A stretch of DNA of 64,000 nucleotides, from positions 736,001-800,000 of the forward strand of contig OZ244197.1 of NCBI GenBank assembly GCA_965216785.1. Direction: 5' to 3'. The stretch comes from Thermodesulfobacteriota bacterium (GTDB lineage: Bacteria; Desulfobacterota_D; UBA1144; Nemesobacterales; UBA2774). Positions 27,358 to 37,455 of the stretch are shown in pieces. The notes beneath the pieces are model-generated. The model was not told where the DNA came from, ran no database searches, and saw nothing but the letters and a program-made list of their open reading frames with translations. The first letter of the stretch is position 1, and each line of letters starts with the position of its first letter. The position numbers and the translations under genes were made by a program.

Positions 27358-28173
27358 TTAAATATGCGAGTTTTTGTATAAGTACAAAAATACTATTACC
27401 ATGGCAAGCACCAAACGATAAACGACGAAGACGTTGTAGCTTCTGTGTCTAACGAACCTGAGCAGATACTTAATGGCGAGGAAAGCAAATACTGCTGAGG
27501 CAATAATTCCTGCCGCGAACGGGAGACTTAACACAGAGGATAGCTCTAAGTGGCGTGATTCGAATACTCCGGCCCCGGCTATGAGAGGGGCAGCCAGCAT
27601 GAATGAGAATTTTGCGGCTTGATCTCTTTTATAGCCCCTGAACATAGCGCCGGTGATCGTGACGCCAGAGCGCGATACTCCAGGTACGATAGCAAAAGCC
27701 TGAGAGATACCAATGATGAGACAGTCAACAAGACCCATCTCTTCTACGGATTTACTCTTTTTCGAGTATTTGTCAGACGCGTATAGAAGCACTCCGAAAA
27801 ATGACAGAGAAAATGCCACGTAAAGCGGGTTACGCAGAATGCCCGATGCGTAACTCTCAAAAAACACCCCGGCCAGTCCCCCCGGAATGGTTGCTATTAT
27901 AAGATACAAACCCATCCTTCCGTCCGGATTGTCTGAGAAGCTCAACTTGGACAAGCATCTTAGAAATTCTCTTATTATACGAATCCAGTCCTGTCGGAAG
28001 TAGTAGATTATCGCAATCAGGCTCCCCACGTGAAGGGCTACATTAAAGGCGAGTCCCTCGTCATTCCACGAGAAAAACCAGGGCATGAGCACAAGGTGGG
28101 CCGTGCTGCTTATCGGGAAGAATTCCGTAATCCCCTGTATAGCGCCTAGAATGATAGATTGTATAAAGTCCAT
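27358..28173 (-). CDS. uppP: Undecaprenyl-diphosphate phosphatase
   Basis: QGITEFFPISSTAHL, PGVSRSGVT, AAKFSFML. Confidence 0.95.
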   Translation of the reverse strand: MDFIQSIILGAIQGITEFFPISSTAHLVLMPWFFSWNDEGLAFNVALHVGSLIAIIYYFRQDWIRIIREFLRCLSKLSFSDNPDGRMGLYLIIATIPGGLAGVFFESYASGILRNPLYVAFSLSFFGVLLYASDKYSKKSKSVEEMGLVDCLIIGISQAFAIVPGVSRSGVTITGAMFRGYKRDQAAKFSFMLAAPLIAGAGVFESRHLELSSVLSLPFAAGIIASAVFAFLAIKYLLRFVRHRSYNVFVVYRLVLAMVIVFLYLYKNSHI

Positions 28174-31005
28174 TTAATTCGCTGCCCCGTTTGATGAATG
28201 CTTTGTTTTAAGAGCGCTTTTGAGATAAGTCCCTGTGTAGGAGCCTTTTACCTTTGAAACCTGCTCCGGGGTTCCCGAAGCAACTATCCGCCCTCCCTCC
28301 TCGCCACCTTCGGGGCCAAGGTCAATCACATAATCAGCGCATTTAATAACATCGAGATTGTGCTCGATTACAATCACTGTATTACCCATGTCGGTAAGCC
28401 GGTCAAGTACCTTTAGGAGTTTTTTCACGTCATCGAAATGAAGCCCTATCGTAGGCTCATCCAGTATATACAAAGTGTTTCCTGTGTCTCTTCTGGAAAG
28501 CTCTTTTGTGAGCTTTATTCGCTGCGCCTCGCCTCCTGAGAGAGTGGTCGCGGGCTGTCCGAGCCTTATATAACCCAGGCCCACCTCCTCAAGCACATCG
28601 AGCTTTGATTTAATATGAGGCACGTTTTTAAAAAATTCTGCTGCCTCACTCACCGTCATATCAAGCACGTCGGCAATACTCTTATCGTTATATTTTATTT
28701 CTAGCGTTTCTTGATTATACCGGCCCCCGCCGCAGCGCTCGCAGGTTACGTACACATCAGGAAGAAAATGCATCTCTATCTTTTCAACACCGTAACCCGA
28801 GCAGCCTATACAGCTGCCCTCTTTTACGTTAAAGCTGAACCTGCCGGACTTGTAGCCGCGCGCATTGGCCTGAGGAAGCATTGCAAAAAGCTCCCTGATG
28901 GGCGAAAACAACCCTGTGTATGTGGCGGGATTAGATCTGGGCGTTCTACCGATAGGAGTCTGCTCGACGTGTACGACTTTATTTATGTCACCATCACCGG
29001 TTATTTTTTTATGGGCTCCCACCCTCTCCTTACTTCTGTACAGTTTTTTACTGAGCGCGTTGTATAGAGTATCTAAAACGAGCGAGCTCTTGCCCGAGCC
29101 CGAGACTCCCGTGACACAAGTCAACACTCCGATCGGGAATAGCACATTGATGTTTTTAAGGTTGTGCTCGGACGCTCCTTTTAGGGCTATCTGAGCTTTA
29201 GGCTTTCTCCTGCGAGAGGGTATGGGTATTGTAAGGTTCCCGGATAAATAACGTACAGTTATGGACTCCTTAAAACGGGAGAGCCTTTTTATATCCCCCT
29301 CAGCCATTATCTCACCGCCCTTTTCTCCTGCTCCGGGACCTATATCGACTATAAAATCGGCGTTTCTGATAGTGTGCTCGTCGTGCTCCACTACTAAAAC
29401 GGTATTTCCGCTGTCTCTTAGTGATTTCAGTGTCTCGATGAGCCTGTCGTTATCCCTTGAATGAAGACCTATCGTAGGCTCGTCCAACACATAGGTTATG
29501 CCCGTGAGCTTTGAGCCAACCTGAGTTGCGAGTCTAATTCTCTGAGCCTCACCCCCCGATAGAGTGGGCGCCGAACGGTCCAGAGTGAGGTAACCAAGCC
29601 CTACATTTTGAAGAAAAGAGAGGCGAGATTCTATTTCTTTCAAAATTCTTTGTCCTATGACAAACTCTCTTTCCTTGAGCTCTAGATTATCGAAAAACTT
29701 AATACCTCTATCTACCGGCATGGAGGATATGTCGAAGATTGATTTCCCGTCCAATAAAACCGAAAGCGATTCTTTTCTTAGCCTTGAACCTTTACAATCC
29801 GGGCACTCGGCTGTGCGCATGTATTGTGAGAGTTTCTCCCGAACCTTAGCGGAATCGGTCTCTAAGTACCACTCTGCAATAATCCCTGAAACTCCCGCAT
29901 AGGTATCCCAGTACTTGAGCACTCTGTCCCGTCTCTCCCTGTGGAACATCACCTTTTCGTCACCGGAGCCGTATATGATGAGCTTTTTAACTTTTTCAGG
30001 CAGGCTTTTAAATGGCTTACTCAGACTAAAACCATAAAAATCGGCTACTCCTTCTATAATATTTCTGAAATACCCCGAGTTTCTCCAGGGAATAATAGCC
30101 CCGTCCTTTATGGACATTTCCTCATCTATCATTAGCTCTGGGTCGCAAAACGAGGTCTCGCCTATGCCGTGACATACGCTGCAGCAACCGTAGGGACTGT
30201 TAAAGGAAAAGAGCCTTGGCGATATCTCCGGGTAGCTTAAACCGCACTCGGGACATGCGAATTTCTCACTAAATGTCATGCTCGCCCCGCTACCCGACTC
30301 AACGATGGCTACTCCGCCCGAGCGCTTAAGCGCAATTCTTAACGATTCACTCAGTCTTTCCCCTACGCCCGAGGAACGGAGGACTATCACATCCACGAGT
30401 AGCTGGATTGTGTGTTTCTTCTGTCTGCTTAATTTTATCTCCTCGTCCAGATCGTAAAGCTCACCGTCAATCCTGACCCTCAGGTAACCCTCGCCCCGAA
30501 GATTCTCAAGCTCTTTTCTATACTCACCTTTCCTGCCCTGTACTATCGGTGAAAATATGGAAACTTTCTCCCCCTCTCCGAGCTCAAGGACAGCTTCGGC
30601 CATCTTATCCAAACTCTGTGCGGATATAGGCGTTCCGCAGCTATAACAGTAGGGCTTTCCGAGACGGGCAAAGAGGAGTCTTAGAAAATCGTAAATTTCC
30701 GTTATCGTTCCCACTGTAGAGCGGGGGTTTCTCTGAAATGTTTTCTGGTCGACTGAGATTGAGGGGGATAGACCCTCTATCGAATCCACATCGGGCTTAT
30801 CGATCTTCTCAACAAACTGCCTTGCGTAGGCCGAGAGAGATTCCATATACCTGCGCTGACCTTCGGCAAATACGGTGTCGAACGCAAGCGAAGATTTGCC
30901 GGAACCGCTTATACCGGTGATTACAACAAGTTTTCCCCGGGGCAGCTTTAGAGACACGTCCTTTAGGTTGTGTTCCCGCGCCCCCGTGATCTTTATGGAT
31001 TCCAA
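28174..31005 (-). CDS. uvrA: Excinuclease ABC subunit A
   Basis: GAREHNLK, GSGKSSLAFDT, two ABC domains, zinc fingers, LSGGEAQRI twice. Confidence 0.98.
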   Translation of the reverse strand: MESIKITGAREHNLKDVSLKLPRGKLVVITGISGSGKSSLAFDTVFAEGQRRYMESLSAYARQFVEKIDKPDVDSIEGLSPSISVDQKTFQRNPRSTVGTITEIYDFLRLLFARLGKPYCYSCGTPISAQSLDKMAEAVLELGEGEKVSIFSPIVQGRKGEYRKELENLRGEGYLRVRIDGELYDLDEEIKLSRQKKHTIQLLVDVIVLRSSGVGERLSESLRIALKRSGGVAIVESGSGASMTFSEKFACPECGLSYPEISPRLFSFNSPYGCCSVCHGIGETSFCDPELMIDEEMSIKDGAIIPWRNSGYFRNIIEGVADFYGFSLSKPFKSLPEKVKKLIIYGSGDEKVMFHRERRDRVLKYWDTYAGVSGIIAEWYLETDSAKVREKLSQYMRTAECPDCKGSRLRKESLSVLLDGKSIFDISSMPVDRGIKFFDNLELKEREFVIGQRILKEIESRLSFLQNVGLGYLTLDRSAPTLSGGEAQRIRLATQVGSKLTGITYVLDEPTIGLHSRDNDRLIETLKSLRDSGNTVLVVEHDEHTIRNADFIVDIGPGAGEKGGEIMAEGDIKRLSRFKESITVRYLSGNLTIPIPSRRRKPKAQIALKGASEHNLKNINVLFPIGVLTCVTGVSGSGKSSLVLDTLYNALSKKLYRSKERVGAHKKITGDGDINKVVHVEQTPIGRTPRSNPATYTGLFSPIRELFAMLPQANARGYKSGRFSFNVKEGSCIGCSGYGVEKIEMHFLPDVYVTCERCGGGRYNQETLEIKYNDKSIADVLDMTVSEAAEFFKNVPHIKSKLDVLEEVGLGYIRLGQPATTLSGGEAQRIKLTKELSRRDTGNTLYILDEPTIGLHFDDVKKLLKVLDRLTDMGNTVIVIEHNLDVIKCADYVIDLGPEGGEEGGRIVASGTPEQVSKVKGSYTGTYLKSALKTKHSSNGAAN

Positions 31006-31069
31006 GGTAGTAAAGTTTACCAGTAATTCGGGCGAAAGTTATATAAACAGATTAGCGCCCAAAGCTCCT

Positions 31070-32146
31070 TTATTTGAACGATTTAATTTCCTGTACAGTC
31101 TTCTTATCGAGCTTTTGAAGTATGTTCTTAAGCAGCTTTACCGTATTGTCGAAGTCGTCTCTGTGCATGATGGCGTTATGGCTGTGTATGTGTCTCGTAG
31201 GGACCCCGAGCACCACCGTAGGGACTCCTGTCTTGTGAAGGTGAATGACCGAGCCGTCAGTGGCTCCCCCTTCCATAGTAGTGAATTGTAGTGGTATTTT
31301 TGCTTTCTTCGCCGTATCTATTACAAGGTCTCTGAGCTTTAAGTTGGGAATCATACGCGCGTCATAAAGTAGAAGAGAAGGGCCTTTACCCATCTTGGTA
31401 GAAGACTCGTCGGGCTTTATACCCGGAACGTCCCCCGCTATATCTGACTCGAGTATGAAGGCTATGTCGGGGTTTACCATTTCAACGCTTGTGGTTGCCC
31501 CTCTCACGCCTACCTCTTCCTGAACGGTAGTGACGCCGAATATTGTATTTGGGTGCGTAGGTTTCGGGAAGGACCTTAGCGCCGAGATAACGAGCGCGCA
31601 ACCGACGCGGTCATCAAACGCTTTAGACATATAGGTCTTGGTATTGGACAAAACAGAAAACTCGCTCACCGGGACTATTGGATCGCCCGGACGCACACCT
31701 GCTTTTTCGACGTCTTTTTCCGAGACAGCGCCGATGTCTATGTACATATTTTTTCTGACTACTACCTTGCCCCTTTCTTCCTGACTCAAGAGGTGGGGGG
31801 GCTTTGCGCCTATTACGCCCAGCACATCCCCTTTACTCGTTTTGATGATGACCCTCTGCCCGAGCAGCACCTGATCCCACCAGCCGCCCAACGTCGTAAA
31901 GCGGATAAACCCGTCTGTTGAGATGTGCTTGACCATAAACCCTATCTCGTCCATGTGTCCCGCAAGCATGATTTTTGGCCCTCCGGATTTACCCGGCTTC
32001 TCACAGATCAAGCTGCCCATATTGTCCTCGCTCAATTTCCCGAGGGGTTTTAAATGGCTTCGAATAAGCCTCCGCACTTCGGTTTCATACCCCGGGATAC
32101 CGTGGGCTTCAGTTAATTCCTTTAGCAGGCTTTGGGTCTTGTCCAT
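31070..32146 (-). CDS. M42 family aminopeptidase
   Basis: AGHMDEIG, KAFDDRVG, VQEEVG, RHIHS. Confidence 0.93.
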   Translation of the reverse strand: MDKTQSLLKELTEAHGIPGYETEVRRLIRSHLKPLGKLSEDNMGSLICEKPGKSGGPKIMLAGHMDEIGFMVKHISTDGFIRFTTLGGWWDQVLLGQRVIIKTSKGDVLGVIGAKPPHLLSQEERGKVVVRKNMYIDIGAVSEKDVEKAGVRPGDPIVPVSEFSVLSNTKTYMSKAFDDRVGCALVISALRSFPKPTHPNTIFGVTTVQEEVGVRGATTSVEMVNPDIAFILESDIAGDVPGIKPDESSTKMGKGPSLLLYDARMIPNLKLRDLVIDTAKKAKIPLQFTTMEGGATDGSVIHLHKTGVPTVVLGVPTRHIHSHNAIMHRDDFDNTVKLLKNILQKLDKKTVQEIKSFK

Positions 32147-32325
32147 ATCAAATGCTCCTTAATGTCATTGTAATTTATAAACCGGATCGGCTGTTGCTTT
32201 AAGATAACCAATCAAATGAATCACTGCCACTGTAATTTCTTGTAAACAATATCCGAACGCTGTATTATTCGACTTGGAAGGCTAAAACGTATTAGTAAAA
32301 TACATGTGAGAGATAGGAGAATACT

Positions 32326-32736
32326 ATGAGACGTTATTCACTACTTTACAGCTTTATTTTTACGGTATTGATCGCGGGAATTGCTCTTGCAGATGAGGAT
32401 CCGATTATTTTTTACGATTCTTTTCTAAAGGTATCTACCAACGCAAAGTCTATTGACGAGTTAAAACCGTATTTATCTCAAAAAAACCTGAATGAAATGG
32501 GTCAGGTATCAAAAGAAGACGAGGCCTTCTTTTTAGAATTCATGCAGGAAACCCGCCGTACAATGAAAAGAAAAAGCATATCTAAAAAAGTGGAAGGAGA
32601 TAAAGCTACGCTTACAATAGAGGCCGTAAGCACAATAGACAACACACCGATCGACGGCACCGCTATACTCGTCAAAGAAAATGGATCTTGGAAAATAGAT
32701 AGTGAAGACTTCACGTCAAATATTGTAGTAGAGTAA
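32326..32736 (+). CDS. Exported hypothetical protein (NTF2-like/DUF4878-like)
   Basis: Signal peptide; GDKATLTI...LVKENGSWKI C-terminal pattern. Confidence 0.6.
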   Translation: MRRYSLLYSFIFTVLIAGIALADEDPIIFYDSFLKVSTNAKSIDELKPYLSQKNLNEMGQVSKEDEAFFLEFMQETRRTMKRKSISKKVEGDKATLTIEAVSTIDNTPIDGTAILVKENGSWKIDSEDFTSNIVVE

Positions 32737-32822
32737 TTAACAAGTAACCAGGTGAAGAGACGAAATGGCGGCTGCAGTACCGTGTTTAAATAAAGCGACT
32801 TAAGCTCCATTTATAAAATATT

Positions 32823-33242
32823 ATGACAGTTATAACAAAAGGTATAAGGTTTGAGACCATGGGCGAGACGGACGTGATAGACATCACGGCGGATGTGGCC
32901 GCGGCTGTGCGTGATGGAGATATATCATCCGGAACAGTCACTGTATTTGTCCCGGGGTCAACTGCGGGAGTTACGACAATAGAATTTGAGGAAGGTGCTG
33001 TAAGGGACTACCAGGAAGCTCTGGACAGGATAGCTCCAAGAGGCATTCACTACCATCATGACGCAAGATGGGGAGACGGGAACGGATACTCCCATGTGAG
33101 AGCCGCTCTTCAGGGAGCCTCTCTAACAGTGCCGTTTTCATCCGGAAGGCTTCTGCTCGGCACATGGCAGCAGATTATAGTCGTGGACTTCGACAACAGA
33201 CCCCGCTCAAGAGAAATAGTGCTGCAAATAATAGGGGAATGA
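32823..33242 (+). CDS. yjbQ: YjbQ/UPF0047 family protein
   Basis: STAGVTTIE, DGNGYSHVRA, LGTWQQI. Confidence 0.9.
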   Translation: MTVITKGIRFETMGETDVIDITADVAAAVRDGDISSGTVTVFVPGSTAGVTTIEFEEGAVRDYQEALDRIAPRGIHYHHDARWGDGNGYSHVRAALQGASLTVPFSSGRLLLGTWQQIIVVDFDNRPRSREIVLQIIGE

Positions 33243-33248
33243 ATTAGA

Positions 33249-33267
33249 GACGGCCCGTGAGGCCGTC
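33249..33267. terminator. Hairpin between convergent genes
   Basis: GACGGCC/GGCCGTC inverted repeat. Confidence 0.55.
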
Positions 33268-33277
33268 CCTAAAAGTT

Positions 33278-33937
33278 TTATTTAAATTTTACCGAGAAAT
33301 GCTGTTTATGCTTAACGTTTAAATTTACGATAAGCGGCGTAATCGCCTCGATCATGGAAGAGAGTTTTAACGGCCCCGCGTCCAGCACCCTCATGTTGGG
33401 CATATCTTCAGTAAGCTTAGTTATTACTTCCTTGGCTTCCTCGTCATCCCCGCATATTACCACATCGTAATCGAGCTCCTGCTCGATCTTACTCAGCTCC
33501 TTAGCCGGCAGGTTATGATACGCGGAAACAAGCTTTACCGTATCCGGCAGTGCTTCTTTGATCTCAAGCGCCGAAGAGCCGTGAGGAGGGGGGTTGAAAA
33601 CAAAACTCTTATCCTCATGCCTATCCATCGCTACCACGGGAGTTACAACAATCTGATCCGTGAAGCTGTCACTTATTTGCCTCACAGTATCTGCAGCATA
33701 CTCCGGGGGGATGCTTATTATCACAACTTCCGCTTCCTTGGCAGCATCTGCGTTTGGCATACCCTGAATATTTGATTCTACCCCGAGCTCATTTAGTTTC
33801 TCTATATACTCATTCGCAATCCCTTTTGCCTTCTCGTCACTCCTGGAACCTATAAAAATATCGTGTCCCGCTTTAGACCATCTAAGCACGAGTCCTTCTG
33901 CAATGTCTCCGGTGCCTCCTAATAATGCTATCTTCAT
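33278..33937 (-). CDS. npdG: NADPH-dependent F420 reductase (F420H2:NADP+ oxidoreductase)
   Basis: MKIALLGGTGDIAEGLVLRW, IGSR, GSSALEI, VSAYHNLPA, DAGPL, IEAITPL. Confidence 0.88.
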   Translation of the reverse strand: MKIALLGGTGDIAEGLVLRWSKAGHDIFIGSRSDEKAKGIANEYIEKLNELGVESNIQGMPNADAAKEAEVVIISIPPEYAADTVRQISDSFTDQIVVTPVVAMDRHEDKSFVFNPPPHGSSALEIKEALPDTVKLVSAYHNLPAKELSKIEQELDYDVVICGDDEEAKEVITKLTEDMPNMRVLDAGPLKLSSMIEAITPLIVNLNVKHKQHFSVKFK

Positions 33938-34072
33938 TTTATTCTCCTATATTCGTAAAAGTTCCATTTAGTTTAACAAAATAGAGTGTCTAGTAAAGCT
34001 ACCGCTGTGAGGATTCTATTTATCGGCATTAAAGAGAAATAATATTCAGCGGTACAAAATACAAAGATCTAA

Positions 34073-34603
34073 TCAAAACTTCGTTTTAAAATAAAGGAAG
34101 AGAGAGAAGCTTTCTTCGTTAAAAAAGCTGTCCTCGGTCTCCAAATCGGCGTCAGGCAGGGCAACAAACGGCAAGACCCCCCCGTAGAGAATGGTGTCCC
34201 CCGAGTTGAATTTCTGAAAGTCTATATTCTCCTCATCAACAAACATGACCCCGGGATCAGGCAGGATTTTAGTTCTGTCGGTTGAATAATCGACCTCTTT
34301 ATTCTCTTCAACAAACGGGGCAGGCTGATTTACATCCGCCTCTTCCGCTACCACGTAAGTAGCGCAATTATCCTTTACTTCGTAGTCTAATAAATCTGAG
34401 GGGTTCATAAACGACGCATTGGGGTTTATCCCGGAAAAAAGAGACGTATCAAATCCCTTGTTAGTCAATAAATAGTAATCATAACAGTAAATTCCCGACG
34501 CTAAACCCGGATCGCCAGCATGCTCTTTGATGTTATCGCCCAGAGCTCCGCCGTATATTGTAAACATTAGTAAGAACGTTAGTGTTGTAAGAAATACCCT
34601 CAT
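34073..34603 (-). CDS. Exported hypothetical protein
   Basis: Signal peptide; acidic body; ends FSLFLYFKTKF. Confidence 0.6.
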   Translation of the reverse strand: MRVFLTTLTFLLMFTIYGGALGDNIKEHAGDPGLASGIYCYDYYLLTNKGFDTSLFSGINPNASFMNPSDLLDYEVKDNCATYVVAEEADVNQPAPFVEENKEVDYSTDRTKILPDPGVMFVDEENIDFQKFNSGDTILYGGVLPFVALPDADLETEDSFFNEESFSLFLYFKTKF

Positions 34604-34691
34604 CTATACCGCCATCAGACCCTATTAATATATGACCTATACTACATATTAATATAAATGCAGTCGGATGAAATTCAATAGTTAATGATCT

Positions 34692-34973
34692 TTACCGGTA
34701 CTTGTATATGAACTCATTATAGGCCTTTTCATCAATGCCTAATACCCTCAGAGTCTTCAGCTTTGAAATTCTGCCCCGAACTATCTCAACCCCGGATTTG
34801 GGCACTCCGAGAGATTTAGCGATAAACGATATAGCACGCTCATTTGCTTTCCCGTCTACAGGGGGCGCAGCAAGCTTAATCTTAAGCCTGCCATCGTGGA
34901 TACCGACAATTTCATCCCGGGAGGATTTGGGTTGTATTTGTACCTGAATTTCAACTGATTTTTCTCGGGCCAT
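34692..34973 (-). CDS. yggU: DUF167/YggU family protein
   Basis: IQPKSSRDEI, APPVDGKAN, GRISKLK. Confidence 0.9.
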   Translation of the reverse strand: MAREKSVEIQVQIQPKSSRDEIVGIHDGRLKIKLAAPPVDGKANERAISFIAKSLGVPKSGVEIVRGRISKLKTLRVLGIDEKAYNEFIYKYR

Positions 34974-34977
34974 TCTC

Positions 34978-35277
34978 TTAGAACTGCTGCGCGAACTGCA
35001 TCAGGGATTGAACCAGGAATTGCTTTAGAAATACGATTGCTACGAGTACGAGAATAGGGGAGAGATCGAGGGAGCCGCCTATAGGGGGAATAATTCTTCT
35101 TGCATAACGCAGTACAGGCTCTGTTGCTTGGTAGAGAAAATTAACTATAGGATTATAGGGGTTAGGGCTTACCCAGGAAATAATAGCTCGGGCCACAATT
35201 ATCCACATGTAAACATTAAGTACTATGTCAATCACGGTTACTACTGCGACTAAAAAATTTCCAAATAAAACGTCCAT
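34978..35277 (-). CDS. yggT: YggT family membrane protein
   Basis: IISWVSPNPYNPIV...TEPVL...DLSPI. Confidence 0.93.
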   Translation of the reverse strand: MDVLFGNFLVAVVTVIDIVLNVYMWIIVARAIISWVSPNPYNPIVNFLYQATEPVLRYARRIIPPIGGSLDLSPILVLVAIVFLKQFLVQSLMQFAQQF

Positions 35278-36092
35278 TATTTATCCTCCCCGGACAGCTC
35301 TTTTGAGCGCTTTGTAGCAGCTTCGACTGCCGAGATTGTGCTAGAGCGGAAACCGCCCTCTTCCAGTTTGTGTATACCTTCAATAGTGGTTCCGCTCGGG
35401 GACGAAACCTTATCCTTAAACTCAGCCGGATGAGTCTTACCCTCTATTATCATCTTGGCTGTACCATATACAGTCTGTGCCGCAAGCTCGTGCGCCAGAG
35501 CTCTCGGGAGACCCATTTTTACGCCGCCGTCTGACAACGCCTCAATAAATATAGAAACATACGCGGGGCCGCTTCCACTGAGGCCCGTTACCGGATCAAG
35601 CAGACTTTCATCTTCAACTATGTGCGCTATCCCTATTGCCCCAAATACCTCTCTAATTGTAATCTCATCGGCTTCGCTTACATTCTCATTACAGTACAGA
35701 ACTGATGCGCCTTCAAGAACAAGAGCGGGCGTGTTGGGCATAACGCGGACTATCTTTGCCTTTTTTCCCAGGCCCTTGGCAATCTTAGAAACAGGAACAC
35801 CTGCAGCAATTGATACGATAATCTTTTTCGCTGTAACATTTCGCTTCACTTCTGCCAGGATTTTAGGGACCGATTTTGGCTTCACCGCAAGTACCAAGAT
35901 ATCTGACTGGGCGGCAACTTTCTTGTTGTCCTTAAGTGCTTTTATACCGTACGCGGAACTCAAATGATCGAGCCTGGCTTTACTTATATCGCTTGCCGTA
36001 ATCTCGGTCTTCTTGAATTTACCGGTGGATATAAGACCCTTAATAAGTGCCTCGGCCATATTCCCAGCGCCTATGAATCCTATCTTGCTCAT
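35277..36092 (-). CDS. proC: Pyrroline-5-carboxylate reductase
   Basis: IGAGNMAEA, LAVKP, RVMPNTP, GSGPAY, VSSPSGTTIEG; start revised to MSKIGF. Confidence 0.95.
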   Translation of the reverse strand: MSKIGFIGAGNMAEALIKGLISTGKFKKTEITASDISKARLDHLSSAYGIKALKDNKKVAAQSDILVLAVKPKSVPKILAEVKRNVTAKKIIVSIAAGVPVSKIAKGLGKKAKIVRVMPNTPALVLEGASVLYCNENVSEADEITIREVFGAIGIAHIVEDESLLDPVTGLSGSGPAYVSIFIEALSDGGVKMGLPRALAHELAAQTVYGTAKMIIEGKTHPAEFKDKVSSPSGTTIEGIHKLEEGGFRSSTISAVEAATKRSKELSGEDK

Positions 36093-36139
36093 GTTTTTAC
36101 GCGACATTCCTTTACAATTAACATCTATTTCATTAACAA

Positions 36140-36829
36140 TCAATCCCTGGGCCCGAAAATAGAAGTACCGACTCTGACTATCGTCGCCCCTTCTTCTATC
36201 GCCACTTCAAAATCGCCGCTCATTCCCATTGACAGCTCTACAAGGCCGGGATGCTCGTCCTTGAGCCTGTCCCTTAGCTCCCTGAGCTCACGAAAGTAAG
36301 GCCTTGCCTGCTCGGGATCATTAAAATATGGGGGCATCGTCATAAGACCCTTTACTTCAAGTGAATCAAGACTGCTCACTTCTTCTAAAAAGCTTTCAAG
36401 CGCCTTTGTTTCTACCCCTCCTTTCGTATCTTCCCCGCCAGTGTGCACTTCAATGAGCACAGCCGCTTTTATCCCCAAGCTCTTGGCTTTTTTATCTATT
36501 TCCTCAGCGACGCTCACAGAATCAAGAGAATGTATAAGCTCGACGCTCCCGATGAGGTATTTGACTTTATTTTTCTGCAGGCTCCCTATGAAATGCCAAT
36601 GAACCCCGGAGCCGGCGCTTTCTTCGACGATTTTTCTTTTATCCCTAAACTCCTGCGCGTAGTTCTCTCCGAAAGTGTCGATTCCAGAGTTAAGAGCCTC
36701 TATTACTCTTCCCGCTTGAACCCTTTTTGAAACCGCAATGAGTCTTATCTCGTCCGGGTCCCTGCCTGCTTTTGACGCAGCTACCCTGATCCTGTCTTTA
36801 ACTTTATTAATATTACTTTTTAAATCCAT
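36140..36829 (-). CDS. yggS: PLP homeostasis protein
   Basis: LIAVSK, FGENYAQE, WHFIGSLQKNK, SMGMSGDFEVAIEEGATIVRVGT. Confidence 0.95.
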   Translation of the reverse strand: MDLKSNINKVKDRIRVAASKAGRDPDEIRLIAVSKRVQAGRVIEALNSGIDTFGENYAQEFRDKRKIVEESAGSGVHWHFIGSLQKNKVKYLIGSVELIHSLDSVSVAEEIDKKAKSLGIKAAVLIEVHTGGEDTKGGVETKALESFLEEVSSLDSLEVKGLMTMPPYFNDPEQARPYFRELRELRDRLKDEHPGLVELSMGMSGDFEVAIEEGATIVRVGTSIFGPRD

Positions 36830-37418
36830 TTACAGAGAAAATATTAAATGCCCCGTGTAATTTGAGCGCCTCCAGCAGCTCGACTAAAGGAAGTCCGACC
36901 ACATTTGTGTAAGAGCCCCTGATCTGCCTTACCATAAACGCGCCGATACCCTGTATTCCGTAGGCGCCCGCTTTATCCATGGGCTCACCCGTCATAATGT
37001 AACCTTGTATTTCAGACGCCGCAAGATTTTTAACACCGACCAAAGTCTCTACGATTTCACTGTGGAGGACCTGAGACTTAGGCTTCACAATGGAAAACGC
37101 GGTCAGCACTCTATGCTCTCTACCCGAAATTTTACGGAGCATCGAGGCGGCATCATTTTCATCGAGGGGTTTGCCCAGAATATCATTACCCACCACTACG
37201 ACCGTATCGGCACCTATCACGACCGTGCCCTCTTCGCATTCCCGGGAAACCGAGAGCGCCTTGTCTTTTGAAAGCCTGAGCGCGAAATCTTCCGCAGACT
37301 CACCCTTTAAATGCGTTTCCTCTGTTTCAGGGGTAATTATCTGAAAGTTGAGACCGACGCTTTCCAAAAGCTCTTTTCGTCTTGGGGAGGAAGAGGCAAG
37401 AATAATATTTACACTCAT
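36813..37418 (-). CDS. maf: Maf family nucleotide pyrophosphatase
   Basis: ILASSSPRR, GADTVV, DKAGAYGIQG, NVVGLP. Confidence 0.95.
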   Translation of the reverse strand: MSVNIILASSSPRRKELLESVGLNFQIITPETEETHLKGESAEDFALRLSKDKALSVSRECEEGTVVIGADTVVVVGNDILGKPLDENDAASMLRKISGREHRVLTAFSIVKPKSQVLHSEIVETLVGVKNLAASEIQGYIMTGEPMDKAGAYGIQGIGAFMVRQIRGSYTNVVGLPLVELLEALKLHGAFNIFSVNGFKK

Positions 37419-37455
37419 GTGAGACTATATACCTCTGGCGTTATTGAAGTGAAAA

